A DNA stretch of 64,000 nt from an uncultured Gemmatimonadales bacterium (lineage in GTDB: Bacteria; Gemmatimonadota; Gemmatimonadetes; Gemmatimonadales; GWC2-71-9), in NCBI GenBank assembly GCA_963842945.1, contig CAWJIM010000019.1, positions 352,001-416,000 on the forward strand, read 5' to 3'. A program made the position numbers and the translations under genes. Positions within the stretch are counted from its first letter, which is position 1. Each line of letters opens with the position of its first letter. The notes beneath the pieces are model-generated. The model worked only from the letters and a program-made list of their open reading frames with translations. It had not been told where the DNA came from and did not search any database. Below are positions 42,356-51,573 of this stretch, piece by piece.

Positions 42356-43365
42356 TGAAAGTCGCGATCCTCTTCGATGCCGGTAGCGAAGAGTGGAGTC
42401 CCCAGGACGTGGCCGCGGTGGTGGCCAATGTCCACGAGGTGCGCGATGTGCTCCGGCGGCGGGGGCACGAGGTGGAGCTCCTGCCCGTCCGGTACGGCGA
42501 TTTCCGCTGGCTCTCCCGGGTACGGCGCTCCGATCTGGTCTTCAATCTCTGCGAGGGCATCAACGGGCATGCCCGGTTCGAGGATCTGGTCGTGGGCACC
42601 CTCGAGCTGACCGGCGTCCCCTTCACCGGGTGCCTGGCCTGGCCCACCACGGTCTGCCATCGCAAGCACGTGGCCAATACCCTGCTCTCGTCGGCTGGTG
42701 TGCCGGTGCCGGCCTTCACCCTGGCCCAGGCCAACAAGGGACCGGCCGAGTTCCCCCTTCCTGCCATCGTGAAGCCGGCCGCCGAAGACGCCAGCGTCGG
42801 CATCGACAACAGTGCCGTGTGCACCAGCAAGCGTGCCCTCAAGCGGAGGGTCGCCCAGATGCTGGAGCAGTTCGAGGAGGTCGTCATCCAGGAATACGTC
42901 GCCGGACGCGAATTCAACGTCGGCTTCGTGGGCAAGCGGATGCTGCCCATCGCCGAGATCCGGTTCGACGATCTGCCCGAGGGAACCTGGCCCATCGTGA
43001 GCTACGCGGCCAAGTGGATCCCGGGGAGCCCGGAGGATGAGGGCACCATCCCGGTCTGTCCGGCCGAGCTGGAGACGGACCTCCATCAGCGGATCTCCCA
43101 GGTAGCCCGCACGGCCTGGGAGCAGATGTCCGACGGCGAAGGCTACGGCCGCATCGATATGCGTCTGAGCGAGGACGGCCAGCCTTACGTCCTCGAGGTC
43201 AATCCTACCCCGGACCTCTCCAGCAACGCGGGCCTGGCCCGGATGGGCCGCGCCTTCGGCTGGAGCTACGACGACCTGGTCATGCAGATCGTTGACGAGG
43301 CACTCACTCGCTCGCAGAGCCATCGGGCAGCCGCGGCTCTGGTCAGCGGGGTGTCCGCCGCTTGA
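42355..43365 (+). CDS. D-Ala-D-Ala ligase-like ATP-grasp enzyme 2
   Basis: FNLCEG, VKPAAEDASVGI, QEYVAGREF, RIDMR and EVNPTP. TGATG coupling with the upstream gene. Confidence 0.88.
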   Translation: MKVAILFDAGSEEWSPQDVAAVVANVHEVRDVLRRRGHEVELLPVRYGDFRWLSRVRRSDLVFNLCEGINGHARFEDLVVGTLELTGVPFTGCLAWPTTVCHRKHVANTLLSSAGVPVPAFTLAQANKGPAEFPLPAIVKPAAEDASVGIDNSAVCTSKRALKRRVAQMLEQFEEVVIQEYVAGREFNVGFVGKRMLPIAEIRFDDLPEGTWPIVSYAAKWIPGSPEDEGTIPVCPAELETDLHQRISQVARTAWEQMSDGEGYGRIDMRLSEDGQPYVLEVNPTPDLSSNAGLARMGRAFGWSYDDLVMQIVDEALTRSQSHRAAAALVSGVSAA

Positions 43366-43862
43366 GCGGCACCATTGTCTCCCCCCATCTTCGCGATCTC
43401 ACTCAAGCCGACCGGGAGCGCATCGAGGCGATCACCCGGTCGGTGGGACTGTTCCGCGAAGATGAAATCGGGATCGCGCTCGAGGTCTTCGATGAGGCAG
43501 TGGGGGCCGGACCGGCCAACACCTATGACCTACTCGGCGCAGAGCTGGACGGCGGCCTCGTCGGCTGGATCTGCTGGGGTCCGACTCCCTGCACCCTTGG
43601 CACCTACGACCTCTACTGGATGGCGGTCGATCCCGGAGCTCAGGGCACCGGGGTCGGAACCGCGCTGCTGCGGGAGATGGAGCGGCGGCTCGTAGGAATC
43701 GCCCGGCTCATCGTCGTCGAGACCGCCGGGCGGGCGGACTATGGGGCCACCCGGGCGTTCTATCGGGCCCGGGGCTACTCGCCGGTCTCGGTCATCCCGG
43801 ACTTCTATGCGCCCGGGGACGATCAGGTGGTGTTTGTGAAAAACGTGAGCGGTGAACGGTGA
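43362..43862 (+). CDS. GNAT family N-acetyltransferase
   Basis: YDLYWMAVDPGAQGTGVGTALL and TRAFYRARGY. Confidence 0.9.
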   Translation: MSGTIVSPHLRDLTQADRERIEAITRSVGLFREDEIGIALEVFDEAVGAGPANTYDLLGAELDGGLVGWICWGPTPCTLGTYDLYWMAVDPGAQGTGVGTALLREMERRLVGIARLIVVETAGRADYGATRAFYRARGYSPVSVIPDFYAPGDDQVVFVKNVSGER

Positions 43863-43946
43863 GCGGTAAACGGTAAACGGGAGAGAGACCGGGATGAGGG
43901 CTCATCGGCCCCGTCCCGTTGACCGCTCACTGTTTACCGTTCACGC
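43845..43946. repeat. Inverted heptamer array (GTGAGCG/GTAAACG type)
   Basis: GTGAGCG GTGAACG GTGAGCG GTAAACG GTAAACG ... CGTTGAC CGCTCAC TGTTTAC CGTTCAC. Confidence 0.85.
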
Positions 43947-43959
43947 TCTTGGAGGGACT

Positions 43960-45095
43960 ATGGCGGAGACCTGGCAAGAAGTCCTCAAAAAGAACTCGAT
44001 CGCCTCGCTCGAGGCGTTGGCCCAGAAGTTCGGTCCCGAAAACTTCCCCGAGCTTGACCGTCTGCGGCAGGCGGCGGAGAACTTCGAGTTCCGGATCTCG
44101 CCGGCCATGGTCGAACTGATCAAGTCGCCCAACGACCCGATCTGGCGTCAGTACGTTCCCTCGGTCGAAGAGCTGGACGTGGTGGACGGTATGGTGGACT
44201 CGCTCAACGAGGACGCCGACAGTCCGGTTCCCAACATCACCCATCGCTACCCTGATCGGGCGCTCTTTCTGGTCTCTCCCGTCTGCGCCACCTACTGCCG
44301 CTTCTGCACTCGCCGGCGGAAGGTGGGCGACCCGGAGAAGATCCCCATGTCGCAGTTCGAGAGCGCCTTCCAGTATCTGGAGGCGCACACCGAGATCCGC
44401 GACGTCATCATGTCGGGGGGCGATCCGCTGCTGCTCAACGACCGGCGGCTCGAGGCCATCCTCACCCGGCTCAGGGCCATTCCCCATCTCCAGATCATCC
44501 GGATCGGGAGCCGGATTCCCTGTCATCTGCCGGAGCGGATCACGCCCGAGCTCTGCGCCATGCTCAAGCGGTTCCACCCGCTCTTCATCAATACTCACTT
44601 CAACCATCCCGACGAGCTGACCCCAGCCGCGGTAGCGGGCTTGGGCCGGCTGGCCGATGCCGGCATCCCGCTGGGCTGCCAGACGGTGCTGCTGAAGGGC
44701 GTGAACGACACTCCCGCCGTCATGATGGAGCTGATGCATCGCCTCCTGATGGCGCGGGTCCGGCCCTACTACATCTACATGGCCGACCAGGTGGCTGGGG
44801 CCGAGCACTTTCGGACGACAGTCCAGACGGGGATCGAGATCATGCGGGCTCTCCGCGGCTGGACCAGCGGCTTGGCCATCCCCTACTTCGTCATCGACGC
44901 CCCGGGCGGCGGGGGCAAGATCCCGATCCTGCCGGAATACGTCGAGAGCATGAATGAGGACGAGGTGGTGCTCAAGAACTTCCGGGGCGAGCGCTACATC
45001 TATCGTCAGCCGAGGGAAGAGGCGGGGGTCATCGAGCTGAAGAAGCCCCGGAAGCGAGCCACGAGGAGACGGAAGACCGCGTACACCACGGGCTA
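43960..45095 (+). CDS. kamA: KamA-family radical SAM enzyme, probable lysine 2,3-aminomutase (3' end uncertain)
   Basis: THRYPDR, CATYCRFCTRRR, SGGDPL, HFNHPDE, RPYYIYMAD and IDAPGGGGKIP. The ORF runs on to 45855 antisense to the neighbour, so the end given is approximate. Confidence 0.88.
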
Positions 45096-46679
45096 CCTCG
45101 CGACCCATCTTCCATCTCCCATTCAACCCGCTGGCCCACGAATACGGATCGATCTTCACATCCGACAATCTCCGGCTGACCGCGGCGACATTGGCCAGCG
45201 AGTAGAGGAAGATCGCGGGCACGTCGGCATTCAGCGTGTCCATCGCCTCACGCCAGACTCCCTTCGCCTTTCCGGCACCCTCCTCCAGCGACGCTGCCCG
45301 TACCAGCGAGTCGAACGCGGGATTTCCATAGTGCCCGTAGTTCAGCGCCGCCCAGCCGGATCGGGTCCACTGGTCACCCAGTCCCCGGGGACTGGGCTCA
45401 TCCAGGTACGCGCCGATGTAGCTGTCGAAGCGCCCCTTGGCCAATCGCTCCTGAAATACTGGAAACTCGACCGTGGTCACCGTCGCCGGCACGCCCACCC
45501 GTCGCCAGGCCTCTTGTATGGCCACGGCAAGCTGCCGCCGGGTGGCGCTGGTAGCGGGAACCAGAATATCGATGCTCCGCAAAGACTGTCGCGCCTTGAT
45601 CCGGCCGATCTCCTGTCTTGCTCGAGCGGTGTCGAACGGCAGTGGCGAATCCCGTCGTCCCAGATCCAAAGCAACTGTGACATCGGTCCCGGTGGCGGCT
45701 TGGTTCCCTCCCCAAAGAGCGCCGTGGCCAGCGTCCGGCGGTCCACCGCCTGGGCCAGGGCCTGGCGCAGCTGCCGGTTCCCCAGATGCGGATGGGCCCG
45801 ACCTCTGGCGTCGGCAACGTTGAATGCCAGGAACCCGTACACGCCGGCCGGGTAGGTGATCAGCCGGAAGCTGGAGTCGCGAGCCACCCGCGCTGTGCGC
45901 TCTTTCGAGCCCACCGTCTCCATCAGGTCAGCCTGATGAGCCAACAGCAGATTGAGCGCAGCGTCGGGGTCAGGCGCGAACCGCCAGATGGCCCGGCGAA
46001 TCGAAGGCTTCTCGCCGGTCCACGCCGTATCCGCCGCAAGCGTCAGGAAGCTGCCGCGCCCCCAGTTCTGAATCCGGTAGGGCCCACTACCGACCAGATG
46101 TGAGAGGCTGGTGTCGGCCTCCCAACGCTTCCGCGGGATCGAGTCCCAGACATGCTTCGGCAAGACCCTGACATGGTAGGTGGCGTCGTACAGCTGCTCC
46201 GGTGAGCGCTCGCTGAACCCCACCCGCACTGTCATGGAGTCCTCCGCGGTCGCAGTGACCTTGCCGGCCAAATAGCTCTGGGCTCCCGACGCCAGCGTCG
46301 AGTCGCTGAAGACGTCGAACGAGAAGACCACGTCCTCCGCCAGCACCGGCCGACCGTCCTGCCAGCGGGCGTTCGGCCGGAGACGAAACCGCCAGTTCAG
46401 GGAGTCGACTCGCTCCCAGCGCTCGGCCAGCCCCGGCCGGTAGGCGCTCTGGTCAACCGGCGAAGCGCCAGGCGACAGGTAGGCCAGCCGCTCGTAGATC
46501 TGATCGCTGATGTCGCGGGCCACGGTTTCACTCACCAGCGGAGGGATGAGCGTCGAAGGCTCACCAGTCGCGGCAATGACTACCGTCGAACACTCGGGGC
46601 AATCCTTTCCCCGCTCTCCGCAGCTCGCCAGCCATCCGCCGAGCCATAGTAGAAGTGTTGTCCGGAGCGCTGACCTCAT
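45093..46679 (-). CDS. Peptide/nickel ABC transporter substrate-binding lipoprotein, family 5 (frameshift near 45650, 3' end uncertain)
   Basis: LASC lipobox, PGLAERW, LRPNARWQDG, EDVVFSF, VGSGPY, LRQALAQAVDR, NYGHYGNPAFD and DVPAIFLY. Confidence 0.88.
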
Positions 46680-46859
46680 TGAGTGCCTCATGGAAGGATG
46701 AAAAGCCGATCGCCCCACCCGGAACAGCTCAAGCTCAGGTCGGAGAATACAGCAACATATAACTTTGGCTCAAAGGGCATGCCCGTGCAGCCACTGTGCG
46801 CTTGTGCTCGCCCTGGTGGGTGGGCTCTGCAGCGATGCAAGGGGAAGGACCTGCGGGGA

Positions 46860-48473
46860 CTAGGCCGCGGCGGACATCCTGCCGATCGACCGAAGGAAAG
46901 CCTCGAAGATGTCGGGCCGCCACCAGCTACGGCATTCCTGCATCCGGCCGAGCGCGTCGGCCACGGTCAGCGCGCCGCGATAGCTCCGGCTGGTGGTCAG
47001 CGCGTCGAACACGTCCACGATGCAGATGATCTGGGCATTGACCGGGATCTCGTCGCCCTTGAGCCGGTCGGGGTATCCCGTCCCGTCGTACTTCTCGTGG
47101 TGCCAGCGAATGATCGGCTTGATGTCCCAGGGAAATTCCACCGTCGCGAGCAGCTCGAGCCCCCAGACCGGGTGCATCTGAATTACCCGGAACTCCTCCG
47201 GCGTGAGCGAGCCCGGCTTGTTGAGGACCTCGTGCGGCACCCGGACCTTGCCCAGATCGTGCAGATACGCGCCGATCCGGATGGTGGTCTGCTGCTGCTC
47301 GTCCAGCCCCAGCTCGCGGGCCACGCCAAGGGCATAATCGGCTACCCGCTCGCAGTGACCGAAGGTGTAGCTGTCCGACGATTCAATTGATTGACCCCAC
47401 TCGCGAACCACCGCGAAGTAGGTCTCTTCCAGCTTGAGCACTTTGGTCGAGACGTCCACCAGGTCCACCCGAGCGTCGAGCCGCCCGAACAGCCGGTGCG
47501 CCGCGTTCAGCAGCTTCAGCGCCTCCTGGTTCCGCCCCATGCTCTGATAAAGCAGGGCCAATTCCCGAGACGCTTCCGCCTCGCTCAGGATCGAGCCGGT
47601 GCTCACCGCCAGATCCACCGCCGAGCGGAGCCGGGACTCGGCCAGCGCATGCCGTCCGGTTTCCCGGTACACTCGCCCGATCAGCTTGTAGGCATCAGCC
47701 TTGTCCAGCCGGGAGCCCACCTGATCGAAGATGCCGAGCGCGGCCTCCGCATTCTGCCGGGCCTGCTCGTAATGTTGGCGAGCCAGGTAGACCTCGGCGT
47801 GGTTCAGCAGCCCCAACCCCTGGAGGTGGATGTCGCCGATCGACTTGGCCATGTCCAGGCTGCGGCGGAAGTAACCGTCGGCGTCGTCCCACAGCTCGCG
47901 GTCGGCGCTCACCATGCCGAGGTTGTGATAGGCAATGGCGCAGCCGCGGTCGTCGGCGATGCTCTCGAAGGCGCCCAGTGAGCGCTGGTAGTGAGCCAGG
48001 GCTTCGGCCAGAGCACCCTGGATGTTGGCCAGAATGCCCAGGTTCTGCTCGGTCCGTCCCCGGAGCTCGGCGCTGGCTCCGCCCAGCTCCAGTGCCCGGT
48101 AGAACTTCTCCCTTGCCTGCTCGATGGCGCCGGCCTCGAAGTCGAACCCGGCGAGCGCATTGAGGGCTTCGGCGGCCAGCACCGAATCGCCCATGAGCAG
48201 GCCGGTCTCGTAGCTCTTCTGGCAAAGCGAGCGGGCCCGATCGCCTTCATTGCGGTGATGGTGAACCACTCCCAGCCGGCGCAGCGCCTCGGCCAGCACC
48301 CCACGCTCGCCGGTGCGTTCGGCCGCCTCGATCGCGGCGGTGTAACGCTGCACCGCCTCGGTCATGGCGCCGGCGCGCTCGTGGGCCCGGGCCAGCTGCA
48401 GGAGCTCGGCGGCGGAGGTCAGCTCCGCCGATGGCTTCAGCTTGGGGGGGATGCGCTCGCCCGGGCTCTTCAT
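46860..48473 (-). CDS. TPR + HD-GYP cyclic di-nucleotide phosphodiesterase
   Basis: About 8 TPR-like repeats, then TFGHCERV, LHDLGK, HHEKYDGTGYP and DVFDALT. Confidence 0.92.
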   Translation of the reverse strand: MKSPGERIPPKLKPSAELTSAAELLQLARAHERAGAMTEAVQRYTAAIEAAERTGERGVLAEALRRLGVVHHHRNEGDRARSLCQKSYETGLLMGDSVLAAEALNALAGFDFEAGAIEQAREKFYRALELGGASAELRGRTEQNLGILANIQGALAEALAHYQRSLGAFESIADDRGCAIAYHNLGMVSADRELWDDADGYFRRSLDMAKSIGDIHLQGLGLLNHAEVYLARQHYEQARQNAEAALGIFDQVGSRLDKADAYKLIGRVYRETGRHALAESRLRSAVDLAVSTGSILSEAEASRELALLYQSMGRNQEALKLLNAAHRLFGRLDARVDLVDVSTKVLKLEETYFAVVREWGQSIESSDSYTFGHCERVADYALGVARELGLDEQQQTTIRIGAYLHDLGKVRVPHEVLNKPGSLTPEEFRVIQMHPVWGLELLATVEFPWDIKPIIRWHHEKYDGTGYPDRLKGDEIPVNAQIICIVDVFDALTTSRSYRGALTVADALGRMQECRSWWRPDIFEAFLRSIGRMSAAA

Positions 48474-48565
48474 CAGTAGGACACCGCGTAACGGGAAATG
48501 TGGTGGATCAGGCTACCCGCTTATAGTGTCGGACGTTGTCGCAATTCTTGTAGCTCTAGCTGACG
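48473..48565 (-). pseudogene. Degenerate remnant of a third ZU5-like gene (SYKNC...SRYAVSY*)
   Basis: The minus strand reads AGC TAC AAG AAT TGC (SYKNC) and TCC CGT TAC GCG GTG TCC TAC TGA (SRYAVSY*). These match YENC and SRYAVAY* of the two upstream paralogs. Confidence 0.75.
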
Positions 48566-48571
48566 TTCCAG

Positions 48572-49636
48572 CTACGCAAGACTCTCCTCCACCTGGTTGA
48601 TCCGGGTAGCGACATCCACCAGATCGCGCCGGGCATCCAGCCGGCCAAACAGGGTACGGGCAATGTTCAGATAGGCCAGCGCCTCCTGCCCTCGGCCCAT
48701 GGCCTGATAAAGCAACGCCATTTCCCGCGCCACCTCCGCCTCGGTCAGGATGGAGCCGGTGCTGGCCGCCAGCTCCATGGCGCTCCGGAGCCGCGACTCC
48801 GCCAGGGGGTAGCGGCCGGTCTCTCGATAGGTTCGGCCGATCACTCGGTACGCGTCGGCCTTGTCGATCTGGCTGCCCAGCTGATCGAAGATCCCCAGGG
48901 CCGACTCGGCGCTATGCCGCGCCTGGTCGTAGTCCTGCCGGGCCAGGTGGACCTCGGCGTAATTCAGCAGCCCCAGGGCTTCCAGATGGAGGTCGCCGAG
49001 CGCCCGGGCGATTCCCAGGCAGAGCCGGAAGTAGCGGTCGGCATCGTCCCACCGCTCGCAGTCAGCACTCACCATCCCGAGGTTGTGATAGGCGATCGCG
49101 CAGCCACGGTCGTCCCCAATGCTCTCGAATGAGAGGAGGGACTGGCGATAATGCGCGATTGCCTCGTCCGGGTCGCCCTGGACGTTGGCCAGGATGCCGA
49201 GGTTCTGCTCAGCCCGTCCTCGGAGATGGGCGCTCGCTCCGCCCAGCTGCAGGGCCTCCTGGAACTTCTCCTTGGCCGAGTGCATGGACCCGCTCTCCAG
49301 ATCGAACCCGGCGAGCGCGTTCAAGGCCTCGGCCGCCAGCACCGGGTCGCCCAGATCCACCGCGATCTTGTGGCTTCGCTCGCACATCTGTCGGGCCAGA
49401 ACCGGCTGGCTCCGACGGTGATGCACGATCCCCGAGCGGCGCAACGACTCGGCCACGATGGCCCGTTCACTGGCCCGTTCGGCGGCCTCGACCGCCGCGG
49501 TGTAGCACTGCAGAGCCTCGGCCATGCAGCCGCCCAGCTCGTGGGCCCGTCCTTCCCGAAGGAATTCCGCGGCGCGAGTGGACCCCTTGTCCTCGGTCCA
49601 CCGGGCCAGCGGGAACGATCGCAGTCTGTTTCTCAC
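48572..49636 (-). CDS. Stand-alone TPR protein, paralog of the TPR region of the HD-GYP protein
   Basis: Shares AAEALNALAGFD, EQNLGILAN, DDRGCAIAYHNLGMVSAD and FGRLDAR with 46860..48473, but ends before the HD-GYP domain. Confidence 0.9.
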   Translation of the reverse strand: MRNRLRSFPLARWTEDKGSTRAAEFLREGRAHELGGCMAEALQCYTAAVEAAERASERAIVAESLRRSGIVHHRRSQPVLARQMCERSHKIAVDLGDPVLAAEALNALAGFDLESGSMHSAKEKFQEALQLGGASAHLRGRAEQNLGILANVQGDPDEAIAHYRQSLLSFESIGDDRGCAIAYHNLGMVSADCERWDDADRYFRLCLGIARALGDLHLEALGLLNYAEVHLARQDYDQARHSAESALGIFDQLGSQIDKADAYRVIGRTYRETGRYPLAESRLRSAMELAASTGSILTEAEVAREMALLYQAMGRGQEALAYLNIARTLFGRLDARRDLVDVATRINQVEESLA

Positions 49637-49638
49637 GT

Positions 49639-50183
49639 TCAGTAGGCCACCGCGTAACGAGAGAAATGCTCGATCGGGCTGGTGACGTACTCGTACTTTG
49701 GGTAGTCCAGCGAGAACAACGGCTGGAGAATCGAGAGCCCCTCGCTGGTGTAGACGATGCCCTTCGGGCCGGCCACCGCGGCGCAGTTCTCGTAGCTCAT
49801 CCTGAGCTCGGCCGGCCGGGCAAACTTCAGCCCCTCAGGACTGAAGCGCACCGAATTGACCGGGCCGGTGATCTGCTCCGCCACAATCTTCACGTCCCTC
49901 GACAGCGCCCCGGCAGGAATGCGCAGGACGTGCTTTCCGACCTGTACCTCACCGCCTTTGCGCCCCACTACCTCGCTGCGGACGAGATACTTCTGCGGGC
50001 TGCAGGCGAGCAGTACATCGGCTGCCCCCTGAGGGACCAGGCCCGTCTTGGAGAAGGAAGAGGTGATTGCTCATTCGAGACAGTTGATGGTCCGGTCGGC
50101 TCGAAGTCACCGGTGGTACAGCTCACCGCCACGCTCAGCCCGAGTATCAGGCCGAGCAGTGGCCGGATCCGCATTGATCTCAT
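49639..50183 (-). CDS. ZU5-like domain lipoprotein B (frameshift near 50060)
   Basis: Signal LGLSVAVSC. The shifted frame reads DVLLACSPQKY...GRKGGEVQVGKHVLRIPAGAL...FSPEGLKFARPAELRMSYENC...IEHFSRYAVAY*. Confidence 0.75.
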
Positions 50184-50197
50184 CGCGCCGTCCTGGG

Positions 50198-50794
50198 TTA
50201 GTAGGCCACCGCGTAGCGGGAGAAATGGTCGATTGGAGCACTGACGGTACGCGACCGGAACAGGTCGAGCGACCGCAAGACCTCCAGGACTTTGAGCTGC
50301 TCGTCGGTGTAGACGATCTTTTTCTGTAGCAGCACCAGCGCGCAGTTCTCGTAGTTCATCGTGAGTACCGCAGGCTTCTGGAACTGCAGGCCCTCAGGGC
50401 CGAAGCGGACCGAGTTGGTCTTCCCGGGGACTTGTTCCGCGGTGATCCTTACCCGCTCGGTCAGGGCACCGCGGGGAATGAAGAGCGAGTTCCTGCCCAC
50501 GGTGATGAGCCCGCCCTCGGGACCGATCGTTTCGCTGTCGCTGTCGTAGGGCAGGGCAGAACAGGTGAGCAGGTCGGTCACCGAGCCCACCGTCCCCACC
50601 ACCGTGTTGGTCAAATCGCCTACGGTGTTGGTGAGGCCACCGGTGAGATCCCCGATCAGGCCGAACTGAGGCTGCGGCTGATCCGACTCCACGAGCGGAG
50701 CCTCGGTTAGCGCCGTATCGCTCGAGGTACAACTCACCCCGGCGAAGAGCAGCAGAGAGAATCCGATGACGGAGAGTCTGCGAGTCCAGCTCAT
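50198..50794 (-). CDS. ZU5-like domain lipoprotein A
   Basis: GGAG RBS and signal LLLFAGVSC, then GPEGGLITVGRNSLFIPRGAL...FGPEGLQFQKPAVLTMNYENC...IDHFSRYAVAY*. Confidence 0.8.
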   Translation of the reverse strand: MSWTRRLSVIGFSLLLFAGVSCTSSDTALTEAPLVESDQPQPQFGLIGDLTGGLTNTVGDLTNTVVGTVGSVTDLLTCSALPYDSDSETIGPEGGLITVGRNSLFIPRGALTERVRITAEQVPGKTNSVRFGPEGLQFQKPAVLTMNYENCALVLLQKKIVYTDEQLKVLEVLRSLDLFRSRTVSAPIDHFSRYAVAY

Positions 50795-50960
50795 GGCGCT
50801 ACTCCAGGCTAGGGTGAAGAGCATGCGACGATACCGCGACCGCTGGGCGGCCGCCGAACGGATCGGGCGCATGGAGCCTTTCCCCTTTAACCGGGGCTGA
50901 GGCTTGACATGCGCTGCTCGTTCGGTACGCGGAACTTTAAGTCAGGCGGGCACTTAGCGG

Positions 50961-50976
50961 GCAAGGAGCATGCCCC
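50961..50976 (-). promoter_or_regulatory. Candidate sigma54 (-24/-12) promoter
   Basis: Minus strand GGGGCATGCTCCTTGC is GG-N10-GC with GGCA and TTGC cores, about 165 nt upstream of ZU5-A. Confidence 0.5.
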
Positions 50977-51196
50977 TCAAAATCGCGGGTGTCAGTAGAT
51001 TTTGGCGGCTAAATACCTTGCGATCGGGAGTCTTCGGGCAATTCAAAACTTGACGGGTCGGTGAGCCGAAAATCGTCTGATTTCCCGACGATGTGCAAAG
51101 AAGCGTGCTGCGGAATTCCGCGCGGTAGGACATGGCATCTTGCTGCGATTTGCCAGCGAAGTTGTGGTGCAGCGGGTTGGCGGTCAGGTTCGCCGG

Positions 51197-51563
51197 CTAG
51201 ACGGCGAAGCCATGACGGGCGCTCCGCAGCACGACGGCATAGACCGCCAGGTTCAGCCCGATCACCAACCCAGGCCCAGCACCAGCTGAACGTTCCGGGT
51301 CAGTCCTGAAGGGTACAGCACCGGCAGCAGGTAATGCTCGACGAATCCTCCCTGGTAGCCCTGCAGCCCGGCGCTCTCCCGCAGCCGCTTCTCCAGTGGT
51401 GTCAGCGGGCAGATCCAGCCGACCAGCTCGATGAGCGCACCATAGAGCGGCCACCGGCAGGTGCACATACGCCAGCCTTCGGCCACCGCAGCGCCAGCAG
51501 CCCGCCGAAAACGACGAAGAGGACGAAGGCAAAGTGAACGAGAACGACCAGGTCGGCGAGCAT
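51197..51563 (-). CDS. DUF2784-like membrane protein (frameshifted)
   Basis: LADLVVLVHFAFVLFVVFGG...HLP...WICPLTPLEKRLR...GGFVEHYL across frames. Confidence 0.8.
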
Positions 51564-51573
51564 CTAATAAAAA

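Noticed and set aside
41252..43365. Annotation as housekeeping ddl genes for peptidoglycan synthesis
   Set aside because: They lack the Ddl N-terminal substrate motif and mur/fts context, and are linked to GNAT and KamA instead.
43960..45095. EpmB (EF-P beta-lysylation) assignment
   Set aside because: No efp or epmA is nearby, and the sequence and context fit the KamA/AblA type better.
51132..51147. TGGCATCTTGCTGC as a plus-strand sigma54 promoter
   Set aside because: The GG-to-GC spacing is 9 rather than 10, and no plus-strand gene follows.
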